Shown one piece after another: positions 36,901-51,900 of a stretch of DNA of 64,000 nucleotides. The number at the start of each line of letters is the position of its first letter. Position 1 is the first letter of the stretch. The DNA is taken from positions 65,699 through 129,698 of the forward strand of contig NMRA01000830.1 in assembly GCA_002633005.1 (NCBI GenBank), written 5' to 3'. This stretch comes from Phoronis australis. Taxonomy: Eukaryota; Animalia; Phoronida. A model generated the notes under the pieces. The model did not search any database, was not told where the DNA came from, and was given only the letters and a program-made list of their open reading frames with translations. Both the position numbers and the translations under genes were made by a program.

Positions 36901-39900
36901 TGGCCGCGGTCACCGGGTCATTAGAATAGTTGGTAATGGACATACAAAACACACAACAATTTCATATGAAATGGGCCACTATACTCTTAGAAGACAGTAA
37001 GGAATTTCAACTAGATTTCATAGAAAGAGGGTTGTATGGAACAAAAACGGCCAACGTCAAAGTCAGTGATAGCAGAATGTCCAATCTCTGTCTTCATATA
37101 TAAACTTCGTACTAACGAACATTGAAAAATAACAAAATTAATTGGCATTTTATATTAAAAGATAATATAAAGAGAAAATGCACTTTTTGTAATCCGCAGG
37201 AATGGTGCACTTCTCAACAAACTTTCCCCGCACATTGGTGAGATGTACTTCGCCAATGGATTTTTACAACTAAGGTGGTAGACAAAACTAGTTGGTACCA
37301 GAAACTTTGGTTTTGCTCCTTTTGTGTGGAGTGGGGCAATTAATGAATCAGCGATGATTTCAAGGCAGTAAAATTGGCTGATAAAAATCAAACTATCATG
37401 GACTAAAAGGGTCGATTTTTTTTTCAAATTGGTTTCCGAAATTAAACTCTTCATGAAACATTTTGTTATGGTTGCATTTATCGAAAAAATACACACTTGG
37501 TTTATGACCTGGGAGCACCAACAAAAGATTGCAAGAATGCTTCAACAATAAACTGATCCTGATCCTGGAAACTCCTTTGGTCTGGAGTTGAAACTGTACG
37601 GTTCACATTACTTGACTATACCAAGAAACCATTCATGTTAAAAAACAATGCAAAGCACATGGGGACACATATATCTGAATTTGAACGGACAAAATTTCAT
37701 TCAAACAATTCAAGAAAGAAGCCATTAAGTGTGGTAACCATTTTCCTCCTGTGAAAAGTACCATGCAAACCCATGAAATATGAAATCGCTTAGGTAACCC
37801 TGTGTACAATATGACATTTGAGGTACCTTTTCCCAAAGTTTAAAATTCTACCATACCCTGAGCTACCCTATCAAGAAATTAAAATGATCTCAGATGTTCT
37901 GAAAGCGAGCTGAATGAGCATTGAGCTTGTGCAAAACATACTGTATTGGCTCTACAAGTTGGCTATGAAATGGATCACAAATTTTCACTTTTGTTCATTT
38001 AATTCATTTCAACCTTGATACTTTTCTGCCGACAAATATGCAACAACTCACCGGAAGAAATCACAACACCATGAATTTGTACTTCACACAGCGTGAGGGC
38101 CACATTTTCATCGAAAATCTGTATATACAAATAGCGCCCAAACACTGGATGAGGACTGCAGTCTATACGTAGTGTAGCTCCTGTACTAGCATGTCCTTCG
38201 TAGAAACTACACTGTTGGTATGGGGCAGATAGGCTTGAGATGTTGGTTACCTTGACAACAAAGTTATGGAGCCGCTCACCTATCGAAATACGAACAGACA
38301 GACATCAAGTGTAAACAGCGAGTCAGTGAAAACACAGCAGATCAGTCTAGAGGCCATGAAAAGGGCATCTACCAGTGACGTCTTTTGGTCACCTCAGTGG
38401 TGAAAGGGTCCATCCCCAAATTAGCCTAAGTTCATTTTGGTGTTTTGTTTATTTTTAGATACATGTAATTCGCGGAGGCTATCTATAAGACCAACCACAA
38501 AAACGAGAATGGGAAACATAAATCGTGAATTTCCAACCCTTCGCCGAGGAGCACTTCACAAAAACTGAAAAAAATCTTCACACAACATGCAATCAATGGC
38601 AAAGGCACAAAAACACATTTACTGTTGAAATTTCATATAGCTGTTAATGGGATCAAATAAAAGTGTATAACTTCTAGGATCCCATTCTGCCACGCAGTTG
38701 GCTTCAATCAGTTTGAAACTGCGCTACGTGGAGTTTTAAGGTAACCATCCAACCTTGTGTGTGCAAAATGAGCAAGTTGATAGAGACAACTTCAGTAAGT
38801 TTCAATAGAAAACATTTTTCAAAAAATAGGTTTTAATGGTATGGAAAACCTTCACGGCAAAAACCTTGTACCAATCATATATCCAAGTTGTGTTTTAGTA
38901 GCCTTATTTATTACTAAGAGTTAAGTAACAGTGCATTCATAATACCCATCTTGTACCAATCACTAATTGTTGGCTTTGGCACCCACAACTAAAGCTCCCA
39001 CCTTCCATATTACAAAATTGAAAGCCTTTAATTAAGCAATACGCAGAATCACAAGAACAGCAAGAGTTCATTGTAAACAATCGACTTAACAGACCTGTAT
39101 GCAGTTAGACCTCTTAAAAATCCTAATGTTGTGTTGACAAGATTACAAAAGTTAAGACTGATCCTTGGGTATCTACCCATTATTGAGTCAAAGAACGACA
39201 CCTAGCAGTATAAAATCACCAAGACTTAACAAAGTCCTAGTCAGGCCTTAAATTTCAAATAACTGCGATCATACATGTGTTAATTGTTAATGTAAAATAA
39301 AAACAATCCTCGGCCCTGCTTTAGTTTCTTGACATGTAAAGAGCTCCCAGAATGTTAATGTTACAGATCATGCTTCATGCATAAAACTGACAGCTAAGAC
39401 AAGGCAACTGGTAAAAGTATGGCATTCTCCCGTTGAGTCCAACTTGTTCGGTTGTATAGCACAACAACAAGTTGGGCGGATGACCACTGTAGCCTGTACT
39501 GAGTGATTAAGTACATTCTAGCATTTATGGTGGGAGGACCAGCTCTCTTTTGTTCGATAATTGCGCTAATCTCGCATAAGATCCTATCTAGCATGACTGG
39601 GCTGTGCTGTTAAAAATAAAAGTTGAGTTATAAATGTTTGAACATAAACCAATAGCATTTCTGAATTCCTTGTCAAATGCTGACCATATTTAGGTTTTAA
39701 ATGACCAAAATCGCCCCAAATACAACAGAAGTTAAGACAATCTATTCTGTCCGAACGTACCAACGCACTGGGTTTGACTGTGTTCACATGTGGTCGGTAA
39801 TAAGCTTGGTACATAATTGGCCTGCATGTTGTCATACCAGACAAAAGACTGTGCTCGGCAGTAAACCAAGGAGATAGATAGTATCAGTACCTAGTCACTG

Positions 39901-42900
39901 AACAGGAGAACACCCTAATGATACAAACTTGTTGAGCCTGGTGTGAACCAATGACCTGACTGGTCAAGTCCAGCTATCAGCTCTAATTTGAGTAAGGAAC
40001 AACATGAGACCAATTTTATGACCCACACCATTACACTAAATCAAAACTTATTTTTATGAAAACACATTTATAGCAACTCTAAGTCGGTATGTAAAATTAG
40101 TTCCAGTGAATTGTGACTTCATCAAAACATGTTAAATGAAGGTACAATTTACCACAACAGTCATCTCGGTTCACTATGTTAACAGTAGAAATAGAGTACA
40201 CAGCTAACAGGTCCACTCTCCACCAGGGGTCCTTCTCCTCATTTGTGTGAGTACAGTAGGTGTAGAATTGTCTCAGGTTCCCATCCACAGCTTTTGAAGA
40301 TGTGTAAGAACCCACTGTGCTGGACTGTTGAGTTGGTTTGTTAGCAGCGATATTCACTGAAATAAAACCACAATAATGCAGAATAGTGAAACAACAAAAC
40401 TGAAGAGACAATGTCTTTGACAAGAATGGTCGTTAAGTATAGCGAGAAATATGAATTAGCAGTTAACCATGTACAACACATTTTGTTAACATACAAGTCA
40501 ATGCCAAGTCTGAAGAAATATTAGGAACAATCTTTTTAAATGTGAATTCAGGGAGAAGAGGGAAGGGAGGGAGGGAAGGATGAAGGGAGACATGCCGTGA
40601 ATAATACGCTTAGATGAAAGTCAGGCATTTTTAAAGATATGTGTGACTTTTCACCGCTCGTCCTTCTGAGCGGCTTTTACTGGAATCAAAGAGAGCGCGG
40701 CGCCACAGCCGGGGGCAGTTGCGATGACCGTATTGTCAGGGGCAAGCAAGACTCAATTAAGTGTAATTACCCTACCATAAACTACAGTAAACATCTGTGC
40801 CTGTACATACTGGTGAATTTTCAAAATGTATTAACCAACAGCTTTCGTTAAAAACAAATACCACAGCTGTAATCAGATGGAAAAAACGACCAAGTTTGGT
40901 TTTTAATTTTTAAAAATCGATGAACTATTAAGCTAAAAACTACAAACATTGGGTACGATTGAAGATCAACGACTGGGCATACTGATTTTCTCGATGATTT
41001 AAAAATGCTGATTAGAGTTAACAATATCACGTGGATTATTCTTTTAATATACAACTTATCTACATTGAAACACCTATAAACAACACACAGTGACTAAATT
41101 AGATGTCAATAACTCTTGAAACATCGCTTATGGCCCAGCGCATGCCGCACAACTTTACTCCAGGAGTAGGACACTAACCGCAAAACTGCTATTCGCAAAA
41201 ATGCACCAATCTCGATAGCTTGTAGTTGTAATGAACACCAGTGAAGACAACTAAGATGGCTACCTTTGCAGTCAACGAGAGAGTGCAAGCAGAAGATGAG
41301 GTTGGTCGGTGGGCATGAGCTGTGATTTCATTTTTTATGACTGAGGAAAAGCTAGAAGAGTTACTGCTGTCAAAATTGTGCAGAAGTTCCAATTAAAACC
41401 TTCAATTTGGCTATCACCATATTTGCACTTTTGTTTATATTTTATGATTTGAGTTCTACTAAAAATTGAACTTGAACTAATTGCACGTATAGTTTTGTTT
41501 GCTGTGACATGTTTGGTGTAGCTGTAATCTGGAAAATTCAAGGATGAGTTTACAATTAACTGACTTCTAAGTTGTTTTGATACTTCGTTTAAACACAAAG
41601 TAAAAAAGATAGCAACCCTACCCAGTAAGAGAAAAACAAGTAGACAGCAGTATTAAAATAAAGTAATGGAAACAGTTATGAAACATTTAAAATCAACGTT
41701 CCTTTGGGAAGTGGCGCTTTGTCAAGATCAATGCAAATAAACTTTTTATTACTTTTGCAATATTTAAAATGTACCAAGTTAAAACTGCTCTCAACATTGC
41801 AGGCTTTAACTCTGTGCAAATGCCAGATAAAAACAATTTGGGAGTAATAAGGACCACCATTGTTAACAAAGTAGTGCTAGCTATTACCTTTCCCCTTCAT
41901 TAGTTCAGATCTCACCAATACAAAGGGCGTGCTGAAAAGGGATCATAAAAGTCAAGTCATCTGGGGCTTAGGGAATCAGAGCTAATTCCCACATTTCATA
42001 AGAAAGCCTATGCCTTTTACTACAAAATTACATAATCAGAACATAATGTTTGAGATATAATTTTATGTGAAATTGATATCCCTGCAATAATCTTTAGTGA
42101 TCTACATGACTTAAACCACCATTTTGTACAGAGCAGAGCAACGGCAAACAAAGGGTGCGAAGAAGACTGACAATGGTTTTTTATTTTGCTATTCTATTTG
42201 TTTACTAGAAGACAGCGCTTGATTGACATGACCCATGAGGTCACGACAGTGATGATGTAAGTTATATACAATAGCATACTAGACAACATTCCAACGGATT
42301 CCTCCATATTAGTGACTAATATAGAACCAGTGGTCTGGAACATTCTCGAGTATATGTGTTTGTAGAATGATTGGGTAGATTCTGGAAAGGTCAAGATTGC
42401 CATCCAAGAGGTGACAGGAACATGGATTCCACAATATCGCAAGTGATGCAGTCATGCCAAGGTGATTATAGATATAGACTCTGTGAGATCCCAGGTCAGA
42501 ATCAGTGAAGATGAAATTTTCTGAGTGTCAGCAGTACATGACCAGGTTAAAGAAATTTAACCATAGGTGGATTTAGAAGAGGGGCTCAGATCCAATTTCA
42601 AGAGTTAATTTCGGAACACGGGTCAATCATAACGGAAATATAAGTATAGGCTCTCCCGCAATATCCCAGGCGACCAGCAGTGGCGCTGCGCACTCCGACT
42701 CCGTTTCCGTCGTCTGCTTCACTGTGCAATGAAGAAAATTACTTCATTTTTAAAGAAAATGGAATCTGAGTGACGATGAAAAAACAGAAGCTGCTGGTAA
42801 GATGTGAATTTTAATCAAAGCCTTTAGTTAGTGAATCACTCAGAAACTCATAATTCTCTCTTTGTCAAACCTTAAGACGATTTGCAAAGCAATTGCGTCA

Positions 42901-45900
42901 CTACTGCCAGCACAAAATAACGGATTTGGTCTTTTGGGCAATTGAAGACTATTTTAATTACAACAAATTTGTTACGAACTTATTGTACAAAATATAAAAA
43001 GTGTAATAAACATTACAAAAAGAAGCAGGTTTCGCGCGCAAACGCTGTGGACCATCAACAAGTAGGTCTCTTAGTATCAAAGTACGAGTGAAGTTCGTGG
43101 TGGTGTAGTGGTAAAGCAAGCGCGCTCTAAACACCAGGTCGGGCGTTCGAGTCTGTGGTAATTGCAGTTTTTCAAGTTTGACACATTCTCCGTGTTTTTT
43201 ATTTCTTTGACTTTTTTTCTTGGATAATACTTCAGGAATCTAGGAAAATGCTTGATGTTTAAAGGAAAAAACAGAAAAATTCCCCTGGGCGGGAGGGGGG
43301 CAAACCCCTCTCCTGACCTCACCCCATTGGGTGCTATGCGCATCTACAATCGTGCTTTTCGCAAATATTTACAGACAAAATGTTAGGCCCCAGTTAAAAT
43401 ATCCTAGATCCGCCACTGTTAACTATCACACAAAGTATTTTTTGCTGAACGGCTCGATCAAGTTTATAGGCATGTACATTTCCCAGCCAAGTTTACGCTC
43501 ATTCCCCCATGGGTACTCATAATGCACCGGAAAGGGTCAATTAATGCAAAGGTCACCAAATGATCAACATTAAATTTCTCCTACAGTTTTAAAGAATTCT
43601 TTTTCATATTGGTAAACGGGTTGTTGTCAAGAACTTCCCATAACAATTCCAGTAATATGCACGCGCAGAGTCCATTATTGTCACGCCGTCACAATAATCT
43701 TTCTAGTTAGGCCTACTCTGCGCGTGTAAGCGCTGAGTACTGTTGTTCCTGGGTTTTCTTCAATTTTATTTTTATTATTATTCATATTCTTCTTATTCTT
43801 CATCCAAATTTGACACTTAATAACTTTAAAATGACTGCAGGTAACTTCTTCAAAATTTGAGATACATTAATAGGCAGTATATGAATTTTGATTCATAATA
43901 TCATGTCCATTACCACAAGAAACAAGAAGAACACCACATTTATCCACCTTCACTCTTATCAGGCTTCTATTGTGAGTCAGCATGCGTGAATAATTGGCTG
44001 ATAAGCCACCTATGGAATTACTTTTGGCTGAATGGATGACCAGGCCACAAAATGATAATTAGCCAAGACCTTGCATGGAATAATTAATACCTTCATGGCA
44101 ATTTTGAAAGAGAGGGCATCATCTACTAGTCTTTCGCCGAAAGTGTTTTAAAAAAGCTCGGTTTACCGACCTCTGATTTTCTGGATTATGCAAACATTAA
44201 AATTCAAATTTGCAACGTTTTCAGTTCCGCCATCATTATGCTATGGAAACAAGCAAAAATTGGCAACAATCCGTACAAGCAACAAAGAATATCTCGAAGC
44301 ATCACCTAGCCTTGGTGGAAAGCTGTATACTGTATTGACCCTAATAAACGCTGCGGGCGTTAAGAAAAATTCATTTCACGGAGGGGACGCTTATTGTAGC
44401 CTAAGGCAGTTGAAACCCGGTTTCCGAAATGGGTAAAATCGGAAACTCGGATTCATCAAATTTACGCTCTGCGACGTATTTGTAGCCTATGACAGTCTTT
44501 CTACAAAACTGTTGTGCATTGTTATCAAACTTCGTTGTTAAATTACGATCATTTTTCAAAAAAATGTGCTGAAATCCCAGGGCGAAAACTTGCCAACTGA
44601 TACGTCGCTGAATCGCGATCGTCGATAGGGTAACTTGAATTCTTGAATAAAAACAGTTTTGACTCAACAAATTACCTGAAATCCTCCTTATGTTTTACAA
44701 TTTTTTAAGTTCATGTGGAGTCCAGATTGATTGCGATTAAGTCCAAATCTGCGCTACATCGTACCCCACAACACGAGAAAAATCTCTGGATGAACAAACA
44801 TGTTGTTGTCACGTGACGTTTGTTTTGAAGTTCGTCTGCATATGAGAGTGAGTGAGCGAGTGCGTGCGGGTCATCAACAACAGACTTTGTTACAAAAGGC
44901 GGAGGATTATGCAAGAAAATGGCATTTATTAGATTGTTTTTCGCTTAAACGGCTGCAACGTGCAAGGTCAGAGTGCCGGTTAACTCACAGATTTTGTGTG
45001 CACAGGCCGACGGTCGTTAGCTCAACCGTGGAGTGTAACATTAATAATCCTAGGCTCAATCTACATGGGTGACGAGCTGAACTATCCAGGCTGTGTGAAA
45101 TTTCTGGGTCTAATGGAGACACTGACGCAGTAGTACCTATAGTTAGCCAACTCGCTGTATCGAGACTATCGTCAAAAATCCAAATTCGTTTTATTGTGTC
45201 CATCAATAATAATGGCATGCCAAAGTTTCTTAATGTTCGTACTTCAGGAACATAACGATCCTATCGTGAGTGTTGCTGCGTTGCTAAATCTCTTATCATG
45301 GGCTGGTTTGAAAAATTCAAAGTTGTACCAACATTTTTCTCTCTCCTCTTTTCAATTATTACACTCAAAACTACGTGAAACTCTCTCCATAAAAAGTACG
45401 GTCATCTAGGCTAGATTGTAATCAGCTGATTGTATCCGCATGAGCGAAGCCAATTATCCTCGCTCCTGACCCGATGAATAGAGCAGCTAGGCAGAATCCC
45501 TTTGATCGTGAGCTGAGCGCAACACAGCCAAGGTGGATAAATATGGTCTCGTTCAATCGCCCAAACCCCACCGTTTTCCCTGATCGGCGGGGTTTGGGTC
45601 AATCGTATTTAGTGGGAATGTTTATGGCATGATAATCATATTCCATAATGCACCGGTAGAGGTCATTTGCTGCAAAGGTCATACAATTCTCAAAATGATA
45701 CTTCTACAGTTTTAAAAGTTTCTTTTTCAAATTTGGTGCAGTGGTATACGTCAAGAAGGCAATTGAAAAAATTACTTTTCTAAGTAATCGGGTCATCCAA
45801 TCAGGTCAAACAGGTGAAAGGTCATGGGGTGCAAAGTAACATTTTGAGTTAGACACCTCAAATTCAGACATCTGATAGGAACACGTCATTGAGTTACAAA

Positions 45901-48900
45901 TCCAAAGAATTTCTTTTCATGTCATTAAACGGATTGTTGTCAATAACTTCCCATAACTCGAGTGAAATGATTTCGATTTTGCTATTTTTCTATTAATTTT
46001 GTAAGTCTATTGTGTACTGAAAAGGATATATTATTCTGTTGTGTTTACTTGCCACCTGAGGGTGCAACAGTGTATGAAAATCAAATTGAAAAGAATGGTG
46101 TACAAATCTTGAGAAGTGGTATTGAACATGCACTTTTGAATGCCCACGATGATGTATCTTTTTTGAATGCTGGCAATCTTAATGCTAGAATTGGCAAACT
46201 CTCCGATTATATTCAAGACGACTCAGCAGAATTTTTGCCTCCAGGTGAATGATATGACTCAGATACCTTTAATTTTCCAAGGATTTGTAAAGATCATGTT
46301 AATAATTCATTTGGAAAATCACTTGTGAGAATGTGTTGCGAGTTAAATGTCCATGCATGTAATGGTAGATTTCCAGGTGATGAGGAACGGGAGTTTACTT
46401 GTTTATCTAATAAAAGGTGTAGTGTAGTTGATTATATACTATTGTCCATTGAATTGTCTGATTTTGTATTAGATTTTAAAGTTGATTTATTGGATGTGTC
46501 TGATCACCTTCCTCAATGTTTTGTGTTTTTTACGGCTTCACTCAGTCACAGGATCACACTGTTCATAGCACAAATTATGTCGTCCGTGAATATGACAGAG
46601 TTAGATGGAAGGGTGAAAGATGTAGTCAGTTCATGTACAAGTTTTTCAGTGGGTTCCAAGTGTTCTCTAGTGATATTGCGAATCTTATTGAGAGCTGTCG
46701 GGTTGAAGAAGCACTTCAGTTGTTAAATGAAATGTATAAATCAGCTGCCTGCGACATGACTGTACACTCCAGTGCTGCGGTGAAAATCCAACCATCATGG
46801 TGGGATGAGCAGTTAGAGGTGATGAAAAAGGAGAGAAATTGTGCGTTGTCTGGTTTCCAACACTATAGTAACCAGGTTAATTTTAATAAGTACAGAAAAC
46901 TGCGACAAAAATTCAAAGTGACTTTTAAGTCAAAAGAAAAGTTATTTAAAGATGGACTGAGAAAAAACTTAATTGAAAATGTTAACAATCCCAGAGCGTT
47001 TTGGCAGCTAGTAAAATCATGCTCAAGGAAAATGACGTCATATACTTCTATTTCTGCCGATGAATGGTGTTGCCACTTTCAGTCACTCTTTAACCAAGAA
47101 ATCCTAATAATGGACGTATGCTTGGACAAATAGAAAGAAACTTGGCAAGTCATGATGTGTATTGTAATGACTGTATGGTAGATGATCCAAATTAAATGAA
47201 TCATGATTTTAATGAAAGTGAGATTTTTGTCACTCTTTGAGACCTACCGAAAGGTAAAGCTTCCGGTATTGACGGACTCGTTTATGAACTCTTTAATTCC
47301 ACCAAAGATTATATAACATCTGTTTTGACAAACATTTTTAATAGTGCTCTACGATAAGGGGAATTTCCTCAGTCCTGGTGTGACGCTATAATATGTCCAT
47401 TACATAAGCAAGGGGACGTCAATGACGTAGATAATTATTGGGGTATTTCACCTCTGCCTGTTCTCAGGAAAATTTTTACGAAACTTATAAACACTCCTCT
47501 GACAAGTTGGGCTGATGATAATGACTTATTTAGCAGGCTGGTTTTAGAAAGGGGTATAGTACAATAAACCAAATTTTTACTTTACAATGAATTGTTCATA
47601 AGTACTTGAGTAAGCGCAGGTGCAGATTTTATGCTATATACGGGGATTTTTCTTGGGTCTTTGACAACATTTGACATAAATTTTTGTGGAATAGGCTTCA
47701 AAAAATAGGAATTCATGGTATTGTTTTAAAATTGATGAAAAGTATGTATTCAAAGCTAAGAGCGTTTCTAAGAACTGAGCGCGAGTTTTTCAGTAATAAT
47801 ACTGGTACTCGGCAAGGGTGTATGCTAAGTCCCTTTTTAATTAGTATGTATTTGAACGAGTTTGTTGATTACTTAAAAGAATCTTTAATTAGCGGAATTT
47901 ACGTAAATGAGAATGTGCCTCAAATTTGTATGTTGCTATACGCTGATGATATGGTTGGTTGTGCAGAGACAGCATTTAAACTACAGCAACAAATTAACGA
48001 TCAGCATGAATACTGTCAGGATTGGGGTATGAAAGTCAACCTTACAAAAACAAAAATAATGGTATTTAGAAAAAGCAGACGGTTGAGAAAATACCAAAAA
48101 TGGCATTTCGGAAATGACAAAATTGATGTCTTCTCACCATATAAGTATCTGGGTATTTATCTTACTCCTAAGTTAGTCTGGACGCAAGTTACGGAAACTT
48201 TGTCTCACCAGGCACAGAAAGCAATTTTTTTCAATTAAACGTTTTCAGTCAAAATGTAGACGACTTTCAGTGAAAATTGCACTCGAGATTTTTGATAAAA
48301 TGGTATACCCAATCATTAGCTATGGAAGTGAGATTTGGGGATTTAAAGAATATTCTAGTATATTCTAGTATCGAGCGCGTCCAATTGAAATTCTGTAAGC
48401 AACTGTTGTCAGCAACTGTCCAAATCATGGTGCCCTGGGAGAAATGGGAAGGTATCCAATTGATGTAAAGCTCTTTGTTAAACTGATCAAGTATTGGTTT
48501 AAATTGTTAAAAATGCCGGCACATCAAAATCCAAAATCTGTCTATGACAAGCTTGTCACACTGGATGAGGCTGGTATGAAAAATTGGGCTTCATCTGTTA
48601 GGAATTTGCTGCAAAGGTATGGTTTTGTATTGGTATGGTACAATCAGGGAGTTGGCAGAGAAGCATCTTTTCCTGTCCTTTTTGAGCAGCGAATTAAAGA
48701 TTGTTTTTTACAAGACTGGAGCTTTGCTATGGAGAATAGCTCAAAACTTAATACATATTCCTCATTTAAAATTGATTTTGGAATGGAATTCTATCTGTTG
48801 CATGATATTCCATATATCTTTTTAGTAGCTATGGCTAAATTACGTTGCTCCAACCATAACTTGATGATAGAGAAAGGTAGACATGCTCTTGTGGACCAAA

Positions 48901-51900
48901 AATACCGTGTGTGTTGTTTCTGTGTGTCCTTAATTGAAGATGAATACCATTTTATATGTGTTTGTAAGCTGTACTGTTCTCTGAGAACTTCATTTATACC
49001 TGAGTTGTGCTGGCGCGAACCACCCCGGCCAACCCGTGATCGAGAACGCCCGGAAGGCGATCGAGAACGAGACCTTACACCAAAAATGGCAGACGGCAGT
49101 GAAGTACCCGGTGAGTTTAAGTGTCATTTTCTTCTTAAATAGAGGCTACTTTGGTACCAATGCGACACACCGAAAAGCGTCAGAGCTTAGCCTTTGTTGT
49201 GGATCTGAAATAATACTTGGCTTTTGCTATTCTTTGAAATAGAGACCTCAGAATGCAATGGCTTTCGGTAAAATGACTTGCGTCTCATAAATTCGTCAAT
49301 TTCTACTTGTTATTAGCAATTCCTGGGTTCTTCAGTGGACACGTGTGACATTTATAGTTAAATCGTCCCTGGTGACACCTTTGTTTTCTTATAATTTGTG
49401 AAACAATTCGAGCTATCTACCGATACAAGCAGGTCCTTGTGTGAGACGGCGATCGGGAACGAAGCTGTTAATTCTCCATGGCGATCGTGAACGCAAGAAA
49501 TGCGATCGTGAACGCACATTTTTTTCTGTGCATTTTCCTGAATAATTGTTCTCAAGTTACGGTGTTATATCAATAATTTTAGAATAATACGACCATGAAT
49601 TAGTTGACAGGTCAATTGTTTGTTATACTTTCACCGTTTTTTATGATTTCTGTGTGAGATTTAGTCTCACAAATATGATAAATGCGTTTGATTTTTCAGT
49701 TGAACTGTAGCCGCATGAAGAGTCCTTCAGAGTGTTGACATACACGCCTTCAAAAAAGAGTACCGGTAACACAACTGCTGGATGTGACAAAGGGCTGTGT
49801 ATGCCTATATGTTGTGAAGCTTCGTTCAGGAAGAATTTTTTTTTGTATAACCACATGACAATAAAACACAGTGTCACTCACTAGCTGCAAGCAAGACCTT
49901 TACCAGCCCCGTGTTGCATGGGTTAAGATTTTTTTTACCGCATAAGAAAACACAATATGAAGCATAGTGCTCAGGAACCAAGTTGTTTCAGTGCCCTATC
50001 TGCAATCAATGTTTCACAGAAAGAGGAAGCCTGAGGACACTCCTTGTTGTGAATGTGTTATGCAAAGAGTATGCCTCCTTCTACAGACATGAGAATCAGA
50101 ATCACCATGAATAAAATTATTCAGTCCAGTAGTGAAAGTTGTTAAGACACGAAACTTTATTCAGATTTACAGAGTTTATGGTTGGTAGTTGTCTGATGTG
50201 ATAGTATTTTGACGTTTTGTTTTGAACCTTTTCCCTATTTGTGTTATTACAGCAGCATCTTTAACAGAACCAGTGCATTTTTGTTGTGTTTGGGTACATT
50301 TAAATGGCCACTCTATGTGTCATTGGGTGATTCTTACATACGATTGTTATGACCAATTAGTATTTTAAAAGAAAACTATATGTCTGCCATAACTGTAGAA
50401 AGTGTTTTCATACTGTTGTTGATTCCCTGTGAGAGAATTTTATACTATGAACCTGTCCGAAATAGTCGGTGGGCCAGATCTCATAGGGTTCATCCTTGTG
50501 AGTACTTTGGGGGGGCAACCTAGTTTTTTGTATGTGACTAGATAATATACCTATAAATCAAATTCCAAAGTTACCACGTCTACACTTGCACATTTTTTTA
50601 AAAAAAGGTGTTTTTGTTGCACAAAATATGATGCACATTCCTGCCAATTGATGGCGCTTTTCTATTGAATTGACCAATCAGAGAGCCAGATTGTATTGTT
50701 GTGCTTAGTTACTTCAATATGGCTGCTCCCATGGAGTGTGATGCCTGTATAATTCAAGGTTTATCAAGCAGCACAAAATTTTGATGTCAGAGCCTAAAGA
50801 AGCTTAGGAAAGCTTCCTGATGAAAGCTGATTGACTGTGGAGCTCTGTAGATCAGTAGATCAAAAAGAAGAAGAGGTGTCACAAACCTTTGTGCAGAAAA
50901 CAGCTGCATGTCTTGGTAGCCTACACAGTATACTGCCGAGTGCTGTAGACTAGAAGACCAAGTGTCAGACAAAAAAATTGAAAGGACATAGAACGGCATA
51001 GCAACGTTTCAAGGCACCAACAGTAGTACTAAAGCTGAAGTTGCTGAAAATGATACAGATGTTATCCAATATTTCCCAAGAAAATCAATTACACTTCCAA
51101 AATCTGAAACACCCAATTAACCTGAACAAGATAGGAACATTCTGAAACATGAGTGCATCATTTGTTAGCAGGAAAAGTACATTATGTGCCACATTTCAAG
51201 AAAGAGAAAGAAGTATAGCTTTCAAAAACAGGTACGTGTTGTTTAAAAATACATCTTGGTGTTTTCCATGTGCGTTTCAGTATTATCACCAGTTATTTTT
51301 TTAACTTGTTCAGCCCCTTCGCTGCCTAGGCCTTAGACAATACTGCTGACCCAGTAGAGACAATCATCATACCATAGGTACTCCATATGCCAGATACTTT
51401 TCGGCAAATTATGTTCCTATAAGTTTAGAAGTACCGCGTAGAGAGATGCCTCTGAGGAGGTCGTTAATGTTTTCATTTGTTCCCAGTTTAAACAAATACT
51501 CCTGCAATCCTGTTTTTCGAACACTCCATTCAGTTGCCACATCGACACTGCTTGCGCTAAGGGATAATCCTATGGCGTTATACTGTGGGTGTGATTTTAA
51601 AGCACTTTAAGTCAAAAATTTTTGAGAAGGTTAAATGGAGTAGATGGTTGCAAACAACATGCCCAAGTGGCCGTCATCCCCTGCCGTAGTCTCAATTTTT
51701 TGTAAACATTAATTACTTAGGTAGCTGCAATGATAATTAAATTAAAGTGCCTAAGTGGCCATCGTCGCCGTCGAAATTTGAGGACGATGGAAGCCACTGT
51801 CCATTTCGTCAAACGTCGATTACCTTAAGTGTAAATCGATTGACTATGGTTTGAGCATCTGATTTAAAAAAATTAAATTTCAATCACTGCACTGGTATAT

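Larger units (their letters stand above)
37820..43510. repeat. Intragenic duplicate of 56749-60220 carrying the lectin exon pair
   Basis: Colinear over both exons and introns; this copy has extra sequence at about 40591-41980 and 42562-43418. Confidence 0.95.
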
